Below are positions 19,779 through 30,219 of a stretch of 64,000 nt of DNA, in pieces; the stretch's first letter is position 1, and every line of letters begins with the position of its first letter. The notes beneath the pieces are model-generated. The model saw only the letters and a list, made by a program, of their open reading frames with translations. It was not told where the DNA came from and did no database searches. Position numbers and translations under genes: made by a program. The stretch comes from Lachnospiraceae bacterium (lineage in GTDB: Bacteria; Bacillota; Clostridia; Lachnospirales; Lachnospiraceae), in contig CAAEMT010000003.1 of the NCBI GenBank assembly GCA_900757145.1, positions 1,718 to 65,717 of the forward strand, in the 5' to 3' direction.

Positions 19779-19831
19779 AAAAGGGATGCTGTAAAATCCA
19801 CTGAAATCAGTGCTTTACAGTATCCCTTTTT
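19779..19831. terminator. Bidirectional terminator between convergent lpdA and ROK genes
   Basis: aaaagggatgctgtaaa...tttacagtatcccttttt. Confidence 0.8.
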
Positions 19832-19857
19832 GTGTCATAGAAAAGAATTTAAGAATC

Positions 19858-20994
19858 TTAGATTGTCCGAATAAACTGATCGATCAGCATCAGCGCCCCG
19901 CCTGTGGCAGAGGCTTCTTTTTTGCAGACACACATAGAAAGATAGTCTGCATTGTCACAGAAAGGATCTTCTGCGAGTACGCGTGAGCGGATATCGTCCA
20001 TATATGGTTCAATGTACTGACCGAGATAGCCGCCGATTACGATGCTGCAGTCGAAGAGCATACGTACAGTATTGATCGTGACAACGAGGTAATGAAGGTA
20101 TTCATTCCATCTGGCAATGGCTTTTTCGTCTTTTTCTTCGAGAAGTTGGAAAAAGAGTGCAAGATCGCCTTTCGTGAGGTTTGAAAGAACTTTGGTGGAA
20201 CAATATGAATCCATACAGCCTCGTTTTCCGCAGTAGCATAGTTTGCCGTTGCGGACAATCTTCATATGTCCGATCTCGCCGCTTCTGTTATTGAGCCCAG
20301 GATACGGGCCTCCGCTAAGAATCGGTGCTCCGCAGATCGTATCGCTCATCATCATATAAAAGAAATCTGAGACGCCATGATTGTACCAGTTCTCGGCGTA
20401 TGCCGCAGAGCGGGCGTCATGACAGAATCGCGTTGGATACGGAATATATCTGGAAAATTCTTCACAGGTGATGTGCGGATCAAGGCGGAGCACGCCATTG
20501 TAGTAGGTGTGATCGCCGCTTTTGGTGATCAGAGCCGGAATCACGAGCGAAACACCAAGAATCTGTTCATCTGTGATATTGGCATCCTGAATTGCTGCAT
20601 CGATAGATTCTGCAATTTTTTTAAAATAGGCATCTGTTCTGGAAAATTTCTGCCTGTAGCGGACGTGCGCAATGATATTACCGCGTAAATCGCAGACTAC
20701 GGCCGAAATATGGCGGTTTGTAATATTGACGCCAATTGCTACACGATAATCTGCCACTACATCGTAGATCTTAGGGCTTCGTCCTCCGGTGTCACTTTTT
20801 CCGTCAAAAGACAGAATCAATCGGTCTGCTTCCAGATTGGAGATATTTTTTCCAACAGTGGGCAGGCTGAGCCCGAGTTTTTTTGCCAGAGCAGGACAGG
20901 AGGATTCGCCTTCTTCTCTTAGCTGATTATATATTCTAAGCCGATTATTTCTTTTTATATCGGTTCTGGTAATCGTTTCTAGTTGTTCGAACAC
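19858..20994 (-). CDS. ROK family transcriptional regulator
   Basis: N-terminal HTH, TGGRSP, GEIGH..CYCGKRGC. GTG start after an AAGGAG RBS. Confidence 0.92.
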   Translation of the reverse strand: MFEQLETITRTDIKRNNRLRIYNQLREEGESSCPALAKKLGLSLPTVGKNISNLEADRLILSFDGKSDTGGRSPKIYDVVADYRVAIGVNITNRHISAVVCDLRGNIIAHVRYRQKFSRTDAYFKKIAESIDAAIQDANITDEQILGVSLVIPALITKSGDHTYYNGVLRLDPHITCEEFSRYIPYPTRFCHDARSAAYAENWYNHGVSDFFYMMMSDTICGAPILSGGPYPGLNNRSGEIGHMKIVRNGKLCYCGKRGCMDSYCSTKVLSNLTKGDLALFFQLLEEKDEKAIARWNEYLHYLVVTINTVRMLFDCSIVIGGYLGQYIEPYMDDIRSRVLAEDPFCDNADYLSMCVCKKEASATGGALMLIDQFIRTI

Positions 20995-21278
20995 AGTTGT
21001 CTCCTTGCAAAATATGATAGATAATTCTATCGTATTAAAAGTTTGAATACGTGTCAAGTAGTTTACATACGGTTATGAAAGTTTTGGTAGAAATGTCTTA
21101 ATTGCTTTTTTACAAGTCGAAAAACAGGTATATTGCAAAGGTTAATTTGTGCGAAATGGTGGGTGATATTTTGGAAATGACAAAATAGGACAAAATATGA
21201 TGGAAAGAATAGGGCAATAGAGATGTAAATTGTGCAAAATGAATAAAAAAGTTTCTGCGTATTTGGGAATTAAGTCAA

Positions 21279-21307
21279 TTGAAATAATCGGATAATACAG
21301 ATATAAT
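21279..21307 (+). promoter_or_regulatory. Probable sigma-A promoter of the polyol operon
   Basis: TTGAAA-17 bp-TATAAT. Confidence 0.55.
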
Positions 21308-21419
21308 TCGATTATAAATTTGATTATTAAATCACTTTATTAACGTGCGTAAGAACAGCTTGGAAAGTAAAAGAGGAGCGTAAAGGCTGTTCCTGAAAGA
21401 AAAAAGGAGGATGACAAAT

Positions 21420-22508
21420 ATGGCAGCAAGAGGAAGTATTCCAAAGACAATGAAGGCGCTGGTTGCATACGGCAGAAATGATTATCGTTTTGAGCCGGAG
21501 TATCCGACACCGGAATGTGGACCGGATGATATTATTATTAAGACGGAGGGATGCGGCGTATGTGCAGGTGACCTGAAGTGTCAGCATGGCGTAGCAATGT
21601 TCTGGGGAGATGAGATGCAGCCGGCATGGGTAAAACCGCCATTTATTCCGGGACATGAGTTCTTTGGAAGAGTTGTACAAATCGGTGAGAACGTTACAGA
21701 GTTTGAGCTGGGTGACAGAATTACAGCAGATCAGATTGTACCGTGCGGGAAGTGCAGATTCTGTAAGGATGGACATTACTGGATGTGTCAGCCGCATGAT
21801 ATGTACGGATATCAGTACTACAACAACGGCGGTATGGCTGAATATGTGAAATATGTAAAGAACAGCGTAATCGCACGTGTTCCGGAAGAGATGAGTGTAG
21901 AGCAGGCTCTTCTGATCGAGCCGTATGGATGTTCCAAGCATGCGGTAGACCGTGCAGGAATCACAAATGAAGACGTAGTAGTGATCTCCGGAGCAGGAAC
22001 ACTTGGACTTGGTATGATTACATACGCAAGAATGAAGAATCCGAAACTTCTGATCGTTCTTGATATGCAGGATAACCGCTTGGAGAAGGCAAAAGAGTTC
22101 GGTGCTGACCTTGTGTTCAACCCGGGTAAATGTGATATAGATAAGGAAATAAAAGCTCTGACAGATGATTACGGATGCGACATTTATATAGAAGCAACAG
22201 GAAATCCGGCAAGCGTACGTCAGGGACTGACAGTCATCAGAAAACTTGGTACATTCGTAGAATTCAGTGTATTTGGTTCTGAGACAACAGTTGACTGGTC
22301 TATCATCGGTGACAGAAAAGAGATCGATATCCGCGGTTCTCATTTAAGCCCGTATGCATATCCGTTTGTGATCGAGAACATGATGAAGGGCAATCTGAAG
22401 ACAAACGGCGTTGTATCCCATATTTTTAAGCTTGAGGAGTGGGAAAAGGCATTTGAATATGCAACAGGAAAATACGGCGACTTTAAGGTTGCATTTACAT
22501 TCGACTGA
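21420..22508 (+). CDS. Zn-dependent polyol dehydrogenase (erythritol/L-threitol dehydrogenase-like)
   Basis: GVCAGDLKC..FWGD..PAW..IPGHEF, CGKCRFC..C, GAGTLG, DWSIIGDRKE. Confidence 0.8.
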   Translation: MAARGSIPKTMKALVAYGRNDYRFEPEYPTPECGPDDIIIKTEGCGVCAGDLKCQHGVAMFWGDEMQPAWVKPPFIPGHEFFGRVVQIGENVTEFELGDRITADQIVPCGKCRFCKDGHYWMCQPHDMYGYQYYNNGGMAEYVKYVKNSVIARVPEEMSVEQALLIEPYGCSKHAVDRAGITNEDVVVISGAGTLGLGMITYARMKNPKLLIVLDMQDNRLEKAKEFGADLVFNPGKCDIDKEIKALTDDYGCDIYIEATGNPASVRQGLTVIRKLGTFVEFSVFGSETTVDWSIIGDRKEIDIRGSHLSPYAYPFVIENMMKGNLKTNGVVSHIFKLEEWEKAFEYATGKYGDFKVAFTFD

Positions 22509-22604
22509 TAAATTATGTAATCTATTCGGCAGGCAAGCACGAATAAAGCAATACAAAACGGAAGGAAACCCATTATATTTTTCAGGAAAGTAAGGAGGCA
22601 GGAA

Positions 22605-23981
22605 ATGAAAAAGAGAACATTGGCAGTTACGATGAGCGCGGTGATGGCAGCTTCTATGTTTGCATCCGTAGGCGTATCCGCAGAGGAAGAATTCAACTGG
22701 AAGGCATATGAAGGAACGACACTGAACGTTATGTTCAATGAGCACACATATGCAAATGCAATTATTGAAAAACTTCCGGAATTTGAGGAGCAGACAGGTA
22801 TCAAGGTAGAGTATTCCACAACCCCGGAGGCAAACTACTTTGATAAGCTCAACACAGCACTTAGCAGCCGTTCCGGACAGCCGGATATCTTCATGACAGG
22901 TGCTTACCAGACATGGGAGTACGCTCCGGCAGGATATATGGAGCCACTCGATGCTTATATCGAGGATGCGACAAAGACATCTCCGGATTACAATTATGAT
23001 GATTTCATTCCGGGTATTATCAATGCTCTTCGTTGGGATCTTGTTCCGGGACATGCAGTAGGTGAAGGCGAGCTTTGGGCTCTTCCGATGGGATGGGAGA
23101 TCAACACACTTACTTATAATAAGAAGATCTTTGAAGAAAAAGGAATTGCTGCTCCGACAACAACACAGGAACTGTACGATGCAGCAGTAGCTCTGAAAGA
23201 GTTCGGCGGATCAGGCACATACGGACTGGCAGTACGTGGTCTTCGTGACTGGGGTACAATCCATCCGGCATATATGTCTCTGTTTGCTACATGGGGCGCA
23301 AAAGACTTTGAAGTAGAAGACGGCAAGCTTGTATGTAAGCTGGATTCTCCGGAAGCAATTGAAATGACAGAGTACTGGGTAAAACTGATCAAAGACGGCG
23401 GTGCACCGCAGTGGTCAACATACGGCTGGGAGCTTTGCGGCGCTGACCTTGGTGCTGGAAAAGCAGCTATGATGTGGGATGCAGACCGTGGTGGTTATAC
23501 ACAGAACGTAGAGGGCGCTTCTGCTGAGGCAGGCAACCTTGCATTCTCCGGGATTCCGCTTCCGGAAGGAAAGACAGAGCAGCTTTCCAACCTTTGGACA
23601 TGGGCAATGGGTATGAACGCAGATTCCAAGAATAAAGACGCTGCATGGTACTTCCTGCAGTACTTCACAAGTCCGGAATTCATGCTGTACTCCGGTACAG
23701 AGGGTGCTTGTACAGATACTCCGCGTACATCTGTAATGGAGAGTGCTGAGTACAAGGAAATCGTAGGACAGGCTGAAGGTTATCTTGAGTCCTTCGAGAC
23801 AGTTTCTGCAAATGCAAGTATTTTCTTCACACCGCAGCCGTACTTCTTCGAGTGTACAACAATGTGGGCTGAGACACTTCAGGATCTTGTAATTTCTGAT
23901 ACGTATGCGTCTACAGAAGAAGCAATGCAGACATTGGCAGCTAACCTGACAGAAATCGTTTCTGATCTGGAAGTTGAGTAA
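22605..23981 (+). CDS. Sugar/polyol ABC transporter substrate-binding protein
   Basis: Signal peptide, CUT1-type SBP length and motifs, operon context. Confidence 0.9.
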   Translation: MKKRTLAVTMSAVMAASMFASVGVSAEEEFNWKAYEGTTLNVMFNEHTYANAIIEKLPEFEEQTGIKVEYSTTPEANYFDKLNTALSSRSGQPDIFMTGAYQTWEYAPAGYMEPLDAYIEDATKTSPDYNYDDFIPGIINALRWDLVPGHAVGEGELWALPMGWEINTLTYNKKIFEEKGIAAPTTTQELYDAAVALKEFGGSGTYGLAVRGLRDWGTIHPAYMSLFATWGAKDFEVEDGKLVCKLDSPEAIEMTEYWVKLIKDGGAPQWSTYGWELCGADLGAGKAAMMWDADRGGYTQNVEGASAEAGNLAFSGIPLPEGKTEQLSNLWTWAMGMNADSKNKDAAWYFLQYFTSPEFMLYSGTEGACTDTPRTSVMESAEYKEIVGQAEGYLESFETVSANASIFFTPQPYFFECTTMWAETLQDLVISDTYASTEEAMQTLAANLTEIVSDLEVE

Positions 23982-24029
23982 TCTGTATTAACGACAGGAT
24001 TTAGGAAAGAAAACAATATAAAACATCAG

Positions 24030-24080
24030 GTGATTGTTCAGTGCCGACTAAGCTGGAATCAGAGCGGACTGAATAGTTAC
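24030..24080. mobile_element. Degenerate 51-bp MITE (GTAAC family)
   Basis: gtgattgttcagt...actgaatagttac; flanks aacatcag/aataccag (6/8). Confidence 0.55.
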
Positions 24081-24171
24081 AATACCAGTATGATATAGTT
24101 GGGTATCTGAAAGTTGAATGACAAGGAGGGTTGCCTGCCCCTCCTTGTTCGTTTATAAGGAGGGGCACAGT

Positions 24172-25107
24172 ATGGCAAAGAAAAATGCTACAGACAAGGT
24201 TTCCTGCAACATCAATGCGTTGCCGCTGAAGACGAGAATGCGGCCGTATCTGATCGTTGCACCGGCATTGATTATTACGATAGGTATTATGATACCGTTT
24301 GCAATGGCAATATATTTCTCACTGACAAACTATTCGTTCCGTATGCCTACATATAAGTTCGTGTGGTTTGATAACTGGATTAAAATACTGAAATCAGAAG
24401 ATTTCTGGAGAGCGCTGTGGGTAACGCTGCGCTATGCTTTCTGGAGTACGCTCGTTGAGATGGGACTTGGAATGGGAGTTGCTATTTTGCTGAATAAGCT
24501 CAACAATACATTCTCAAAAATCTTAAGAGTCGTACTTATTTTCCCGCTTATGATCGCGCCGATCACGGCTACGATCGTATGGCAGCTTATGCTGAACAGT
24601 TCCGTAGGTATTGTAGAAAAGTTCCTCAATCTGTTCGGTGTTTACAATTTTCCGTGGGCAGCTTCACCGAGTACGGCAATGCTTACGGTTGTTATGATTG
24701 ATGTATGGGTCAATACCTCATTTGTAATGCTTCTGGTACTGGCAGGACTTCAGTCTCTGCCGAAATCACCGTTTGAATCTGCAAAGATCGATGGTGGAAG
24801 CGCATGGTTCAACTTTAAAAATCTGACTCTTCCGATGCTTAAGCCGAGTCTTTATATCGCTCTTTTGTTCCGTCTGATGGCGGCTCTTCAGGAGTATGCG
24901 ATCATCTTTGGACTGACAAAGGGAGGTCCTGGAGATACTTTGATGAACCTGTCGCTAACAGCACATTTGACCGGTTTCAAATTCCAGAAATTTGGATACG
25001 CCCTGCCGTTCATCCTTGTCTTATGGCTGATCGTAAATATTACGGCAAAGCAGATCGTAAAGAGACAAAGGGCTGCACAGAAACAGGCTTCCGGTCTGGA
25101 AAACTGA
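24172..25107 (+). CDS. Sugar ABC transporter permease
   Basis: TM helices, EAA loop FESAKIDGGS. Confidence 0.92.
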   Translation: MAKKNATDKVSCNINALPLKTRMRPYLIVAPALIITIGIMIPFAMAIYFSLTNYSFRMPTYKFVWFDNWIKILKSEDFWRALWVTLRYAFWSTLVEMGLGMGVAILLNKLNNTFSKILRVVLIFPLMIAPITATIVWQLMLNSSVGIVEKFLNLFGVYNFPWAASPSTAMLTVVMIDVWVNTSFVMLLVLAGLQSLPKSPFESAKIDGGSAWFNFKNLTLPMLKPSLYIALLFRLMAALQEYAIIFGLTKGGPGDTLMNLSLTAHLTGFKFQKFGYALPFILVLWLIVNITAKQIVKRQRAAQKQASGLEN

Positions 25108-25140
25108 CAATACCAGAAGATTTGAAAGGAGTTATGACGT

Positions 25141-25965
25141 ATGAAAACAGGAAAAAACAGACTGCTTTCAATCCTGCAGAACGGATTGCTTGCAATTTAT
25201 GCGATATTTGCTCTGTTTCCGCTTATCTGGATGCTTATCCTGTCGTTTAAATCGGATACGGAGATGTTCACCACTACATTTGTATTTCACCCGACACTGA
25301 GCAATTATACAGAAGTTCTTATGAAATCAGACTACTTCCGTTATATGCTTGACAGTTTGATCGTATCAGGCGGTGCAGTTTTAATCTCTGTGCTGGCAGG
25401 TGTTCCGGCGGCTTACGCTTTGGCAAGATATGACTTTAAGAAAAAGGAAGATATTGCATTCCAGATTCTTTCCTTTAAGTTTGCACCGGAGATTCTTGTA
25501 GTGCTTCCGCTCTTTATGATCTATCAGAAATTGGGTCTGTACGATACATATTTCGGACTGATCTGGGTATACCAGCTCATTTCCATGCCGTTACTGATCT
25601 GGGTTGTACGAGGATACTTTGAGGATATATCTGTTGAGATCGAGCATGCTGCTCAGGTAGATGGTTACAGCTGGTATCAGATTTTCTTCAAAATGCTACT
25701 TCCGCTGATTAAGCCGGGCCTTGTATCCGCAGCGCTTCTTGCGTTTATTTTTGCATGGAACAGCTTTACGTTCCCGCTGATGCTCGGTGGTATTAATGTA
25801 CAGCCGATCACAGTCGCAGTTACAAAGTATCTCGGAACTGATACAGCGCATTACGGACAGCTTGCTGTGGCAGCTACTGTTTCTGCACTGCCGGCAATTA
25901 TCTTTGCACTCTGTATCCAGAAGCACCTTGTACGAGGCTTAAGCTTCGGAGCAGTAAAGGGTTGA
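25141..25965 (+). CDS. Sugar ABC transporter permease
   Basis: IEHAAQVDG, C-terminal GAVKG. Confidence 0.92.
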   Translation: MKTGKNRLLSILQNGLLAIYAIFALFPLIWMLILSFKSDTEMFTTTFVFHPTLSNYTEVLMKSDYFRYMLDSLIVSGGAVLISVLAGVPAAYALARYDFKKKEDIAFQILSFKFAPEILVVLPLFMIYQKLGLYDTYFGLIWVYQLISMPLLIWVVRGYFEDISVEIEHAAQVDGYSWYQIFFKMLLPLIKPGLVSAALLAFIFAWNSFTFPLMLGGINVQPITVAVTKYLGTDTAHYGQLAVAATVSALPAIIFALCIQKHLVRGLSFGAVKG

Positions 25966-25978
25966 GAGGAGTTACATT

Positions 25979-27136
25979 ATGGCAAGAATACAGATAGAAA
26001 ATGTAAAAAAGACCTTCGGCAAGGTGACAGCGCTCGATGGAGTGACACTCGATGTAAAGGACAAAGAATTTTTTGTACTGTTTGGACCTGCCGGAGCAGG
26101 AAAGACAACGATTTTGAACTGTATTGCAGGTATTGCAATGCCGGAAGAAGGTACTGTTAAATTTGACGGTGAGGTAATGAATCTTGTAGACTCTGCGAAT
26201 CGTAATGTTGCGATGGTATTTGAGAACTACGCGCTGTATCCGCATATGACAGTTTACGACAATATCGCCTCTCCGATGAGAAGCAAACTGTATAGACAAG
26301 ATGAGGCAACGATCAAAGAAAAAGTATACAATGTCGCAAAAATGATGAAGATGGAACATCTTCTGGAGCGTCTTCCGAGTCAGCTTTCCAACGGACAGAA
26401 GCAGCGTGTAGCTATGGGACGTGCGCTTGTGCGTACACCGAATGTGTTCCTGATGGATGAGCCGCTTGCGCATCTGGATGCAAAACTCCGCAATGCGATG
26501 CGTACAGAGCTAAAAGAGCTGCAGGCTAATTTCGGAACAACAAGTATCTATGTAACACATGACTTCATGGAGGCAATGTCTCTCGGAGATCGTATTGCTA
26601 TTATTAATGAAGGAAAAGTTGTTCAGATCGGAACGCCGGATGATATTTATTATATGCCGTGCAATGAATTTGTATCTCAGCTTATGGGTGATCCGGAAAT
26701 CAATATTGTGACGGGTACACTAAAAAAAGAGGGAAATACATACAAGTTTGTAATGAAAAATATTGATGCAGCTTTTGTGCTTCCGGAAGATAAAGAGCTG
26801 ATGGAGAAACTTGAAAGCCGTGTCGGCGGCGATGTAGATATGGCTATCCGTCCGCAGAATGTGAAGTATTCCTTTGAACCAAAAGATGGATACATGAAAT
26901 TCAAGGTTTACAGCTACGAAAGTATCGGAAATAAATCTGTAATCGAGGCGTACAAAGATAAGATTCAGTTCCGTATGATCGCTCCGAACGGTTTGACGGT
27001 CAAGATAGATCAGGATGTTTATATTGATCTTCAGGTTGATCATACAATGTTCTTTGATACAGCAGACAAAAAGCTGATCGGAAGATATAACGAAGCTGAG
27101 ATCCGGGCATTATCAGCAGAACAGGGGGTGCAGTAA
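25979..27136 (+). CDS. Sugar ABC transporter ATPase (MalK-like, signature LSNGQ)
   Basis: GPAGAGKT, LMDEPLAHLD, YVTHD. Confidence 0.92.
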   Translation: MARIQIENVKKTFGKVTALDGVTLDVKDKEFFVLFGPAGAGKTTILNCIAGIAMPEEGTVKFDGEVMNLVDSANRNVAMVFENYALYPHMTVYDNIASPMRSKLYRQDEATIKEKVYNVAKMMKMEHLLERLPSQLSNGQKQRVAMGRALVRTPNVFLMDEPLAHLDAKLRNAMRTELKELQANFGTTSIYVTHDFMEAMSLGDRIAIINEGKVVQIGTPDDIYYMPCNEFVSQLMGDPEINIVTGTLKKEGNTYKFVMKNIDAAFVLPEDKELMEKLESRVGGDVDMAIRPQNVKYSFEPKDGYMKFKVYSYESIGNKSVIEAYKDKIQFRMIAPNGLTVKIDQDVYIDLQVDHTMFFDTADKKLIGRYNEAEIRALSAEQGVQ

Positions 27137-27137
27137 T

Positions 27138-28259
27138 ATGGCAGGCCTGACACTTTCACATCTTTATAAAAGATATGACAACAGCGGAAAAAAGAAAAAA
27201 GTAAAAAATGACTTTGCCGTAAAAGATCTGAATCTCGTGTGTGAACAGGGTGAGTTCGTTGCTTTTCTCGGACCATCCGGCTGCGGAAAGACAACAACGC
27301 TTCGTATGATAGCAGGTCTTGAGGATATTACTCAGGGTGATATTATGATCGGGGACAGACGTGTCAATGATCTGGAGCCAAAGGATCGTAATATCGGCCT
27401 CGCATTTGAGGATTACGCCATGTACCCGCCGCTTACGGTATATAATAATATCGCGTTTAATCTTCGCGCGAAGGGCGTCGACAAGGCAGAAATAGACAGA
27501 CGTGTACGTGAGATTGCACCTCTTATGCAGGTAGAAGATATTCTTGACATGATGCCGGTAAAACTTTCCGGCGGACAGAAACAGCGTGTAAATATCGCGC
27601 GTGCGATCATCCGAAGACCGGAGTTGCTTCTGATGGATGAGCCGTTGTCACATCTGGACGGTAAGGCGAGACAGGCAATGCGTGTAGAGATTAAAAGGCT
27701 GATCAATGAGATCAAGTGTACGACAATCTACGTTACACATGACCAGTTAGAGGCAATGTCTCTGGCAGATAAGATCGCGATCATCAATTTCGGTGTGCTG
27801 CAGCAGTTTGGAACTCCGGCTGAGGTATACGATGACCCTGCAAATGAGTTTGTAGCTTCCTTTATCGGTGAGCCTCCGATGAATATTCTGGAGACTACGA
27901 TCGTGAAGAAAGATTCACATTTCCTATTCACATTTGAGGGAAGTGATCTGAAGATTCCGGTGCCGGAGCGTTATTACAGCGTAGTAAGCGACGGTTTCAA
28001 GTGCAAGATGGGAGTGCGTCCTATGGATCTTCTGATCGGTGATGAGAATTCCAGAGGAACGCCGGAACGTATTGCAACATTTGAGAACCTTGGTGATGAG
28101 CGCCGTATCGGTATCCGCGTAGGTTCTACGCTGATGATGCTGATCACAGATGATGAAAAGCGTTACAGAAGCGGTGACATTATTCGTCTTGAGGTACGCG
28201 GAGAGAAGACACATCTGTTTGATCTGGAGAGTGGCGAGCGTATTCGTGAGAAAGCTTGA
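27138..28259 (+). CDS. Second sugar ABC transporter ATPase
   Basis: GPSGCGKT, LSGGQ, LMDEPLSHLD. Confidence 0.92.
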   Translation: MAGLTLSHLYKRYDNSGKKKKVKNDFAVKDLNLVCEQGEFVAFLGPSGCGKTTTLRMIAGLEDITQGDIMIGDRRVNDLEPKDRNIGLAFEDYAMYPPLTVYNNIAFNLRAKGVDKAEIDRRVREIAPLMQVEDILDMMPVKLSGGQKQRVNIARAIIRRPELLLMDEPLSHLDGKARQAMRVEIKRLINEIKCTTIYVTHDQLEAMSLADKIAIINFGVLQQFGTPAEVYDDPANEFVASFIGEPPMNILETTIVKKDSHFLFTFEGSDLKIPVPERYYSVVSDGFKCKMGVRPMDLLIGDENSRGTPERIATFENLGDERRIGIRVGSTLMMLITDDEKRYRSGDIIRLEVRGEKTHLFDLESGERIREKA

Positions 28260-28415
28260 TCGGCGCTGTAATAAGAGCAAAAAAGTATTTTGAGTATACA
28301 AAAATGAATAAAATAATGGTATGCTGAATAAGGGGCCGGGGCGGAGAATGTGGGGAAGAAATATCCTGCATTGTCTGCGCCGGCTCTTTCGCATACCGCA
28401 TACTATTGTGACGGA

Positions 28416-28477
28416 GTAACTATTCAGAACAGGTTGAAGCACTTGCTGCCAAAACTGTGAAGGTACTGAACAGTTGC
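28416..28477. mobile_element. 62-bp MITE (GTAAC family)
   Basis: gtaactattcag...ctgaacagttgc; flanks gtgacgga/gtgacgaa (7/8). Confidence 0.7.
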
Positions 28478-28583
28478 GTGACGAAAATTTGCAGACTGTG
28501 ACCGGCAGCGGAGAAATGGAACTTCAGGAAAGAAACAGGAAGCGGTCTGGCCAGATCGCTTTTTAGAGGAGAAGGAGGAAATT

Positions 28584-30122
28584 ATGAAGTATTATATCGG
28601 TTTGGATAATGGCGGTACGACAACGAAAGCTGCTATTTTTGACAGTAATGGAAAACAGCTGGGATGCTGCAGCGTGGCAACAGAAGCACTTACGCCGCGT
28701 CCTGAGTTTGTTGAGCGTGACATGGAAGAAATGTGGGAGGCAAACTGTAAGGTTGTGCGCGGTGTACTGGAAGAGACAGGAATTTCGGCAGAAGATGTCG
28801 CAGGGATTGGCGTATGCGGTCACGGGAAGGGACTGTATCTCTGGGGGAAGGATGATAAGCCGGCACGAAACGGTATTATTTCCACAGACAACAGAGCGTA
28901 CCGCTATGTAGAGCGGTGGAAAGCAGACGGGACGGAGAAAAAGGCATTTGAGCGTTCGTGTCAGCATTTGATGAACTGTCAGCCCGTAGCCCTTCTGGCA
29001 TGGTTAAAAGAGCATGAGCCGGAAAATTATAAAAATATTAAATATGTATTTGAGTGCAAGGATTACGTCCGTTTCCGTCTGACAGGTGAGGCAAGGGCAG
29101 AGATTACAGATTATTCAGGTGCGCACTTTATGAATCTGAAGACGCGTGATTATGATCCTGAACTTCTGCGCCTGTTCGGAATCGAAGAGATGGAGAATGC
29201 CCTTCCGCCGCTTTGCCGTGCAGATGAGATTGCCGGATATATAACAAAAGAAGCTTCAGAAAAATGCGGACTGAAAGAAGGCACGCCGGTAGTAGGCGGT
29301 TTCTTTGATATTAACGCATGTGCAATCGCATCCGGTGTAATCTATCCTGACCTGATCTGTATGATCGCAGGAACCTGGTCTATCAACGAATATATCAGAA
29401 AAGAAGCGGTAGTAGACGGAAGAGTACAGATGAATTCTCTGTTTGCGTTGCCGCAGTATTATCTGATCGAAGAATCAAGCGCTACGTCTGCCGGAAATAA
29501 CGAGTGGTTCATTAGTCAGATTCTGCCGGAAGTGAAAAAAGAGGCAAAGGCAGCAGGAAAGAGCGTTTATGAGATAGTGAATGAGTGGGTGAGCGAAATA
29601 TCGCCGCAGACATTTGTGCCGGTATTCCTTCCATTTTTGATGGCATCCAACGTACATCCAAATGCAAAAGCAAGCTTTGTCGGACTGAATGTGTCTCATA
29701 CGAGAAAGCATATGGCGAGAAGTGTTTACGAAGGAATCGCATTCTGTCACAGATACCATCTAGAGAAGCTTTTGGCTACGATGGTGCAGGAGCCGCGTGC
29801 GATCCGTCTTTCCGGAGGCGCAGCGAAGTCAGCTGTATGGGCGCAGATGTTCGCTGACGTAATGAAGCTTCCGATTGAAACGGTTGAAGCTGAGGAAGCC
29901 GGAGCGCTTGGATGTGCGATTGCCGCAGCATCGGCGACCGGGGCTTATGAGTCTATGGAGGACGCGATCAGCCACATGACAGTCGTTGGCCGAGCTATCA
30001 CACCGAATCCGGAACTTGCAGATATTTATGACCGTAAGTATGCAGTCTACAAAAAGACGCTCGAATGTCTCGATGGACTCTGGGATGAGATGCAGAAGCT
30101 GGTAGAGCTTGGTAACGCATAA
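28584..30122 (+). CDS. FGGY family carbohydrate kinase (L-xylulokinase-like)
   Basis: IGLDNGGTTTKA, GHGKG, STDNRA, AGTWSINE, LSGGAAKS..W.QMFADV. Confidence 0.88.
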   Translation: MKYYIGLDNGGTTTKAAIFDSNGKQLGCCSVATEALTPRPEFVERDMEEMWEANCKVVRGVLEETGISAEDVAGIGVCGHGKGLYLWGKDDKPARNGIISTDNRAYRYVERWKADGTEKKAFERSCQHLMNCQPVALLAWLKEHEPENYKNIKYVFECKDYVRFRLTGEARAEITDYSGAHFMNLKTRDYDPELLRLFGIEEMENALPPLCRADEIAGYITKEASEKCGLKEGTPVVGGFFDINACAIASGVIYPDLICMIAGTWSINEYIRKEAVVDGRVQMNSLFALPQYYLIEESSATSAGNNEWFISQILPEVKKEAKAAGKSVYEIVNEWVSEISPQTFVPVFLPFLMASNVHPNAKASFVGLNVSHTRKHMARSVYEGIAFCHRYHLEKLLATMVQEPRAIRLSGGAAKSAVWAQMFADVMKLPIETVEAEEAGALGCAIAAASATGAYESMEDAISHMTVVGRAITPNPELADIYDRKYAVYKKTLECLDGLWDEMQKLVELGNA

Positions 30123-30219
30123 AAAGAGCAATTTTTTGAAAAAAATATAAATAGTATGCAATAAAAAGACCGTCTTCTTCATTGTACTTATAAAAGGACA
30201 TGAAGGAGGCGGTTTTTTT

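Noticed and set aside
21327..23054. Long antisense ORFs (338 and 236 aa) opposite the dehydrogenase and SBP
   Set aside because: Shadow frames of codon-biased genes with no recognisable motifs; the same applies to most short opposite-strand ORFs in the track.
24121..24165. Hairpin with anti-SD-like CCCCTCCTT before the first permease as a riboswitch
   Set aside because: A simple stem-loop after an SBP gene is common for differential mRNA stability; no aptamer evidence.
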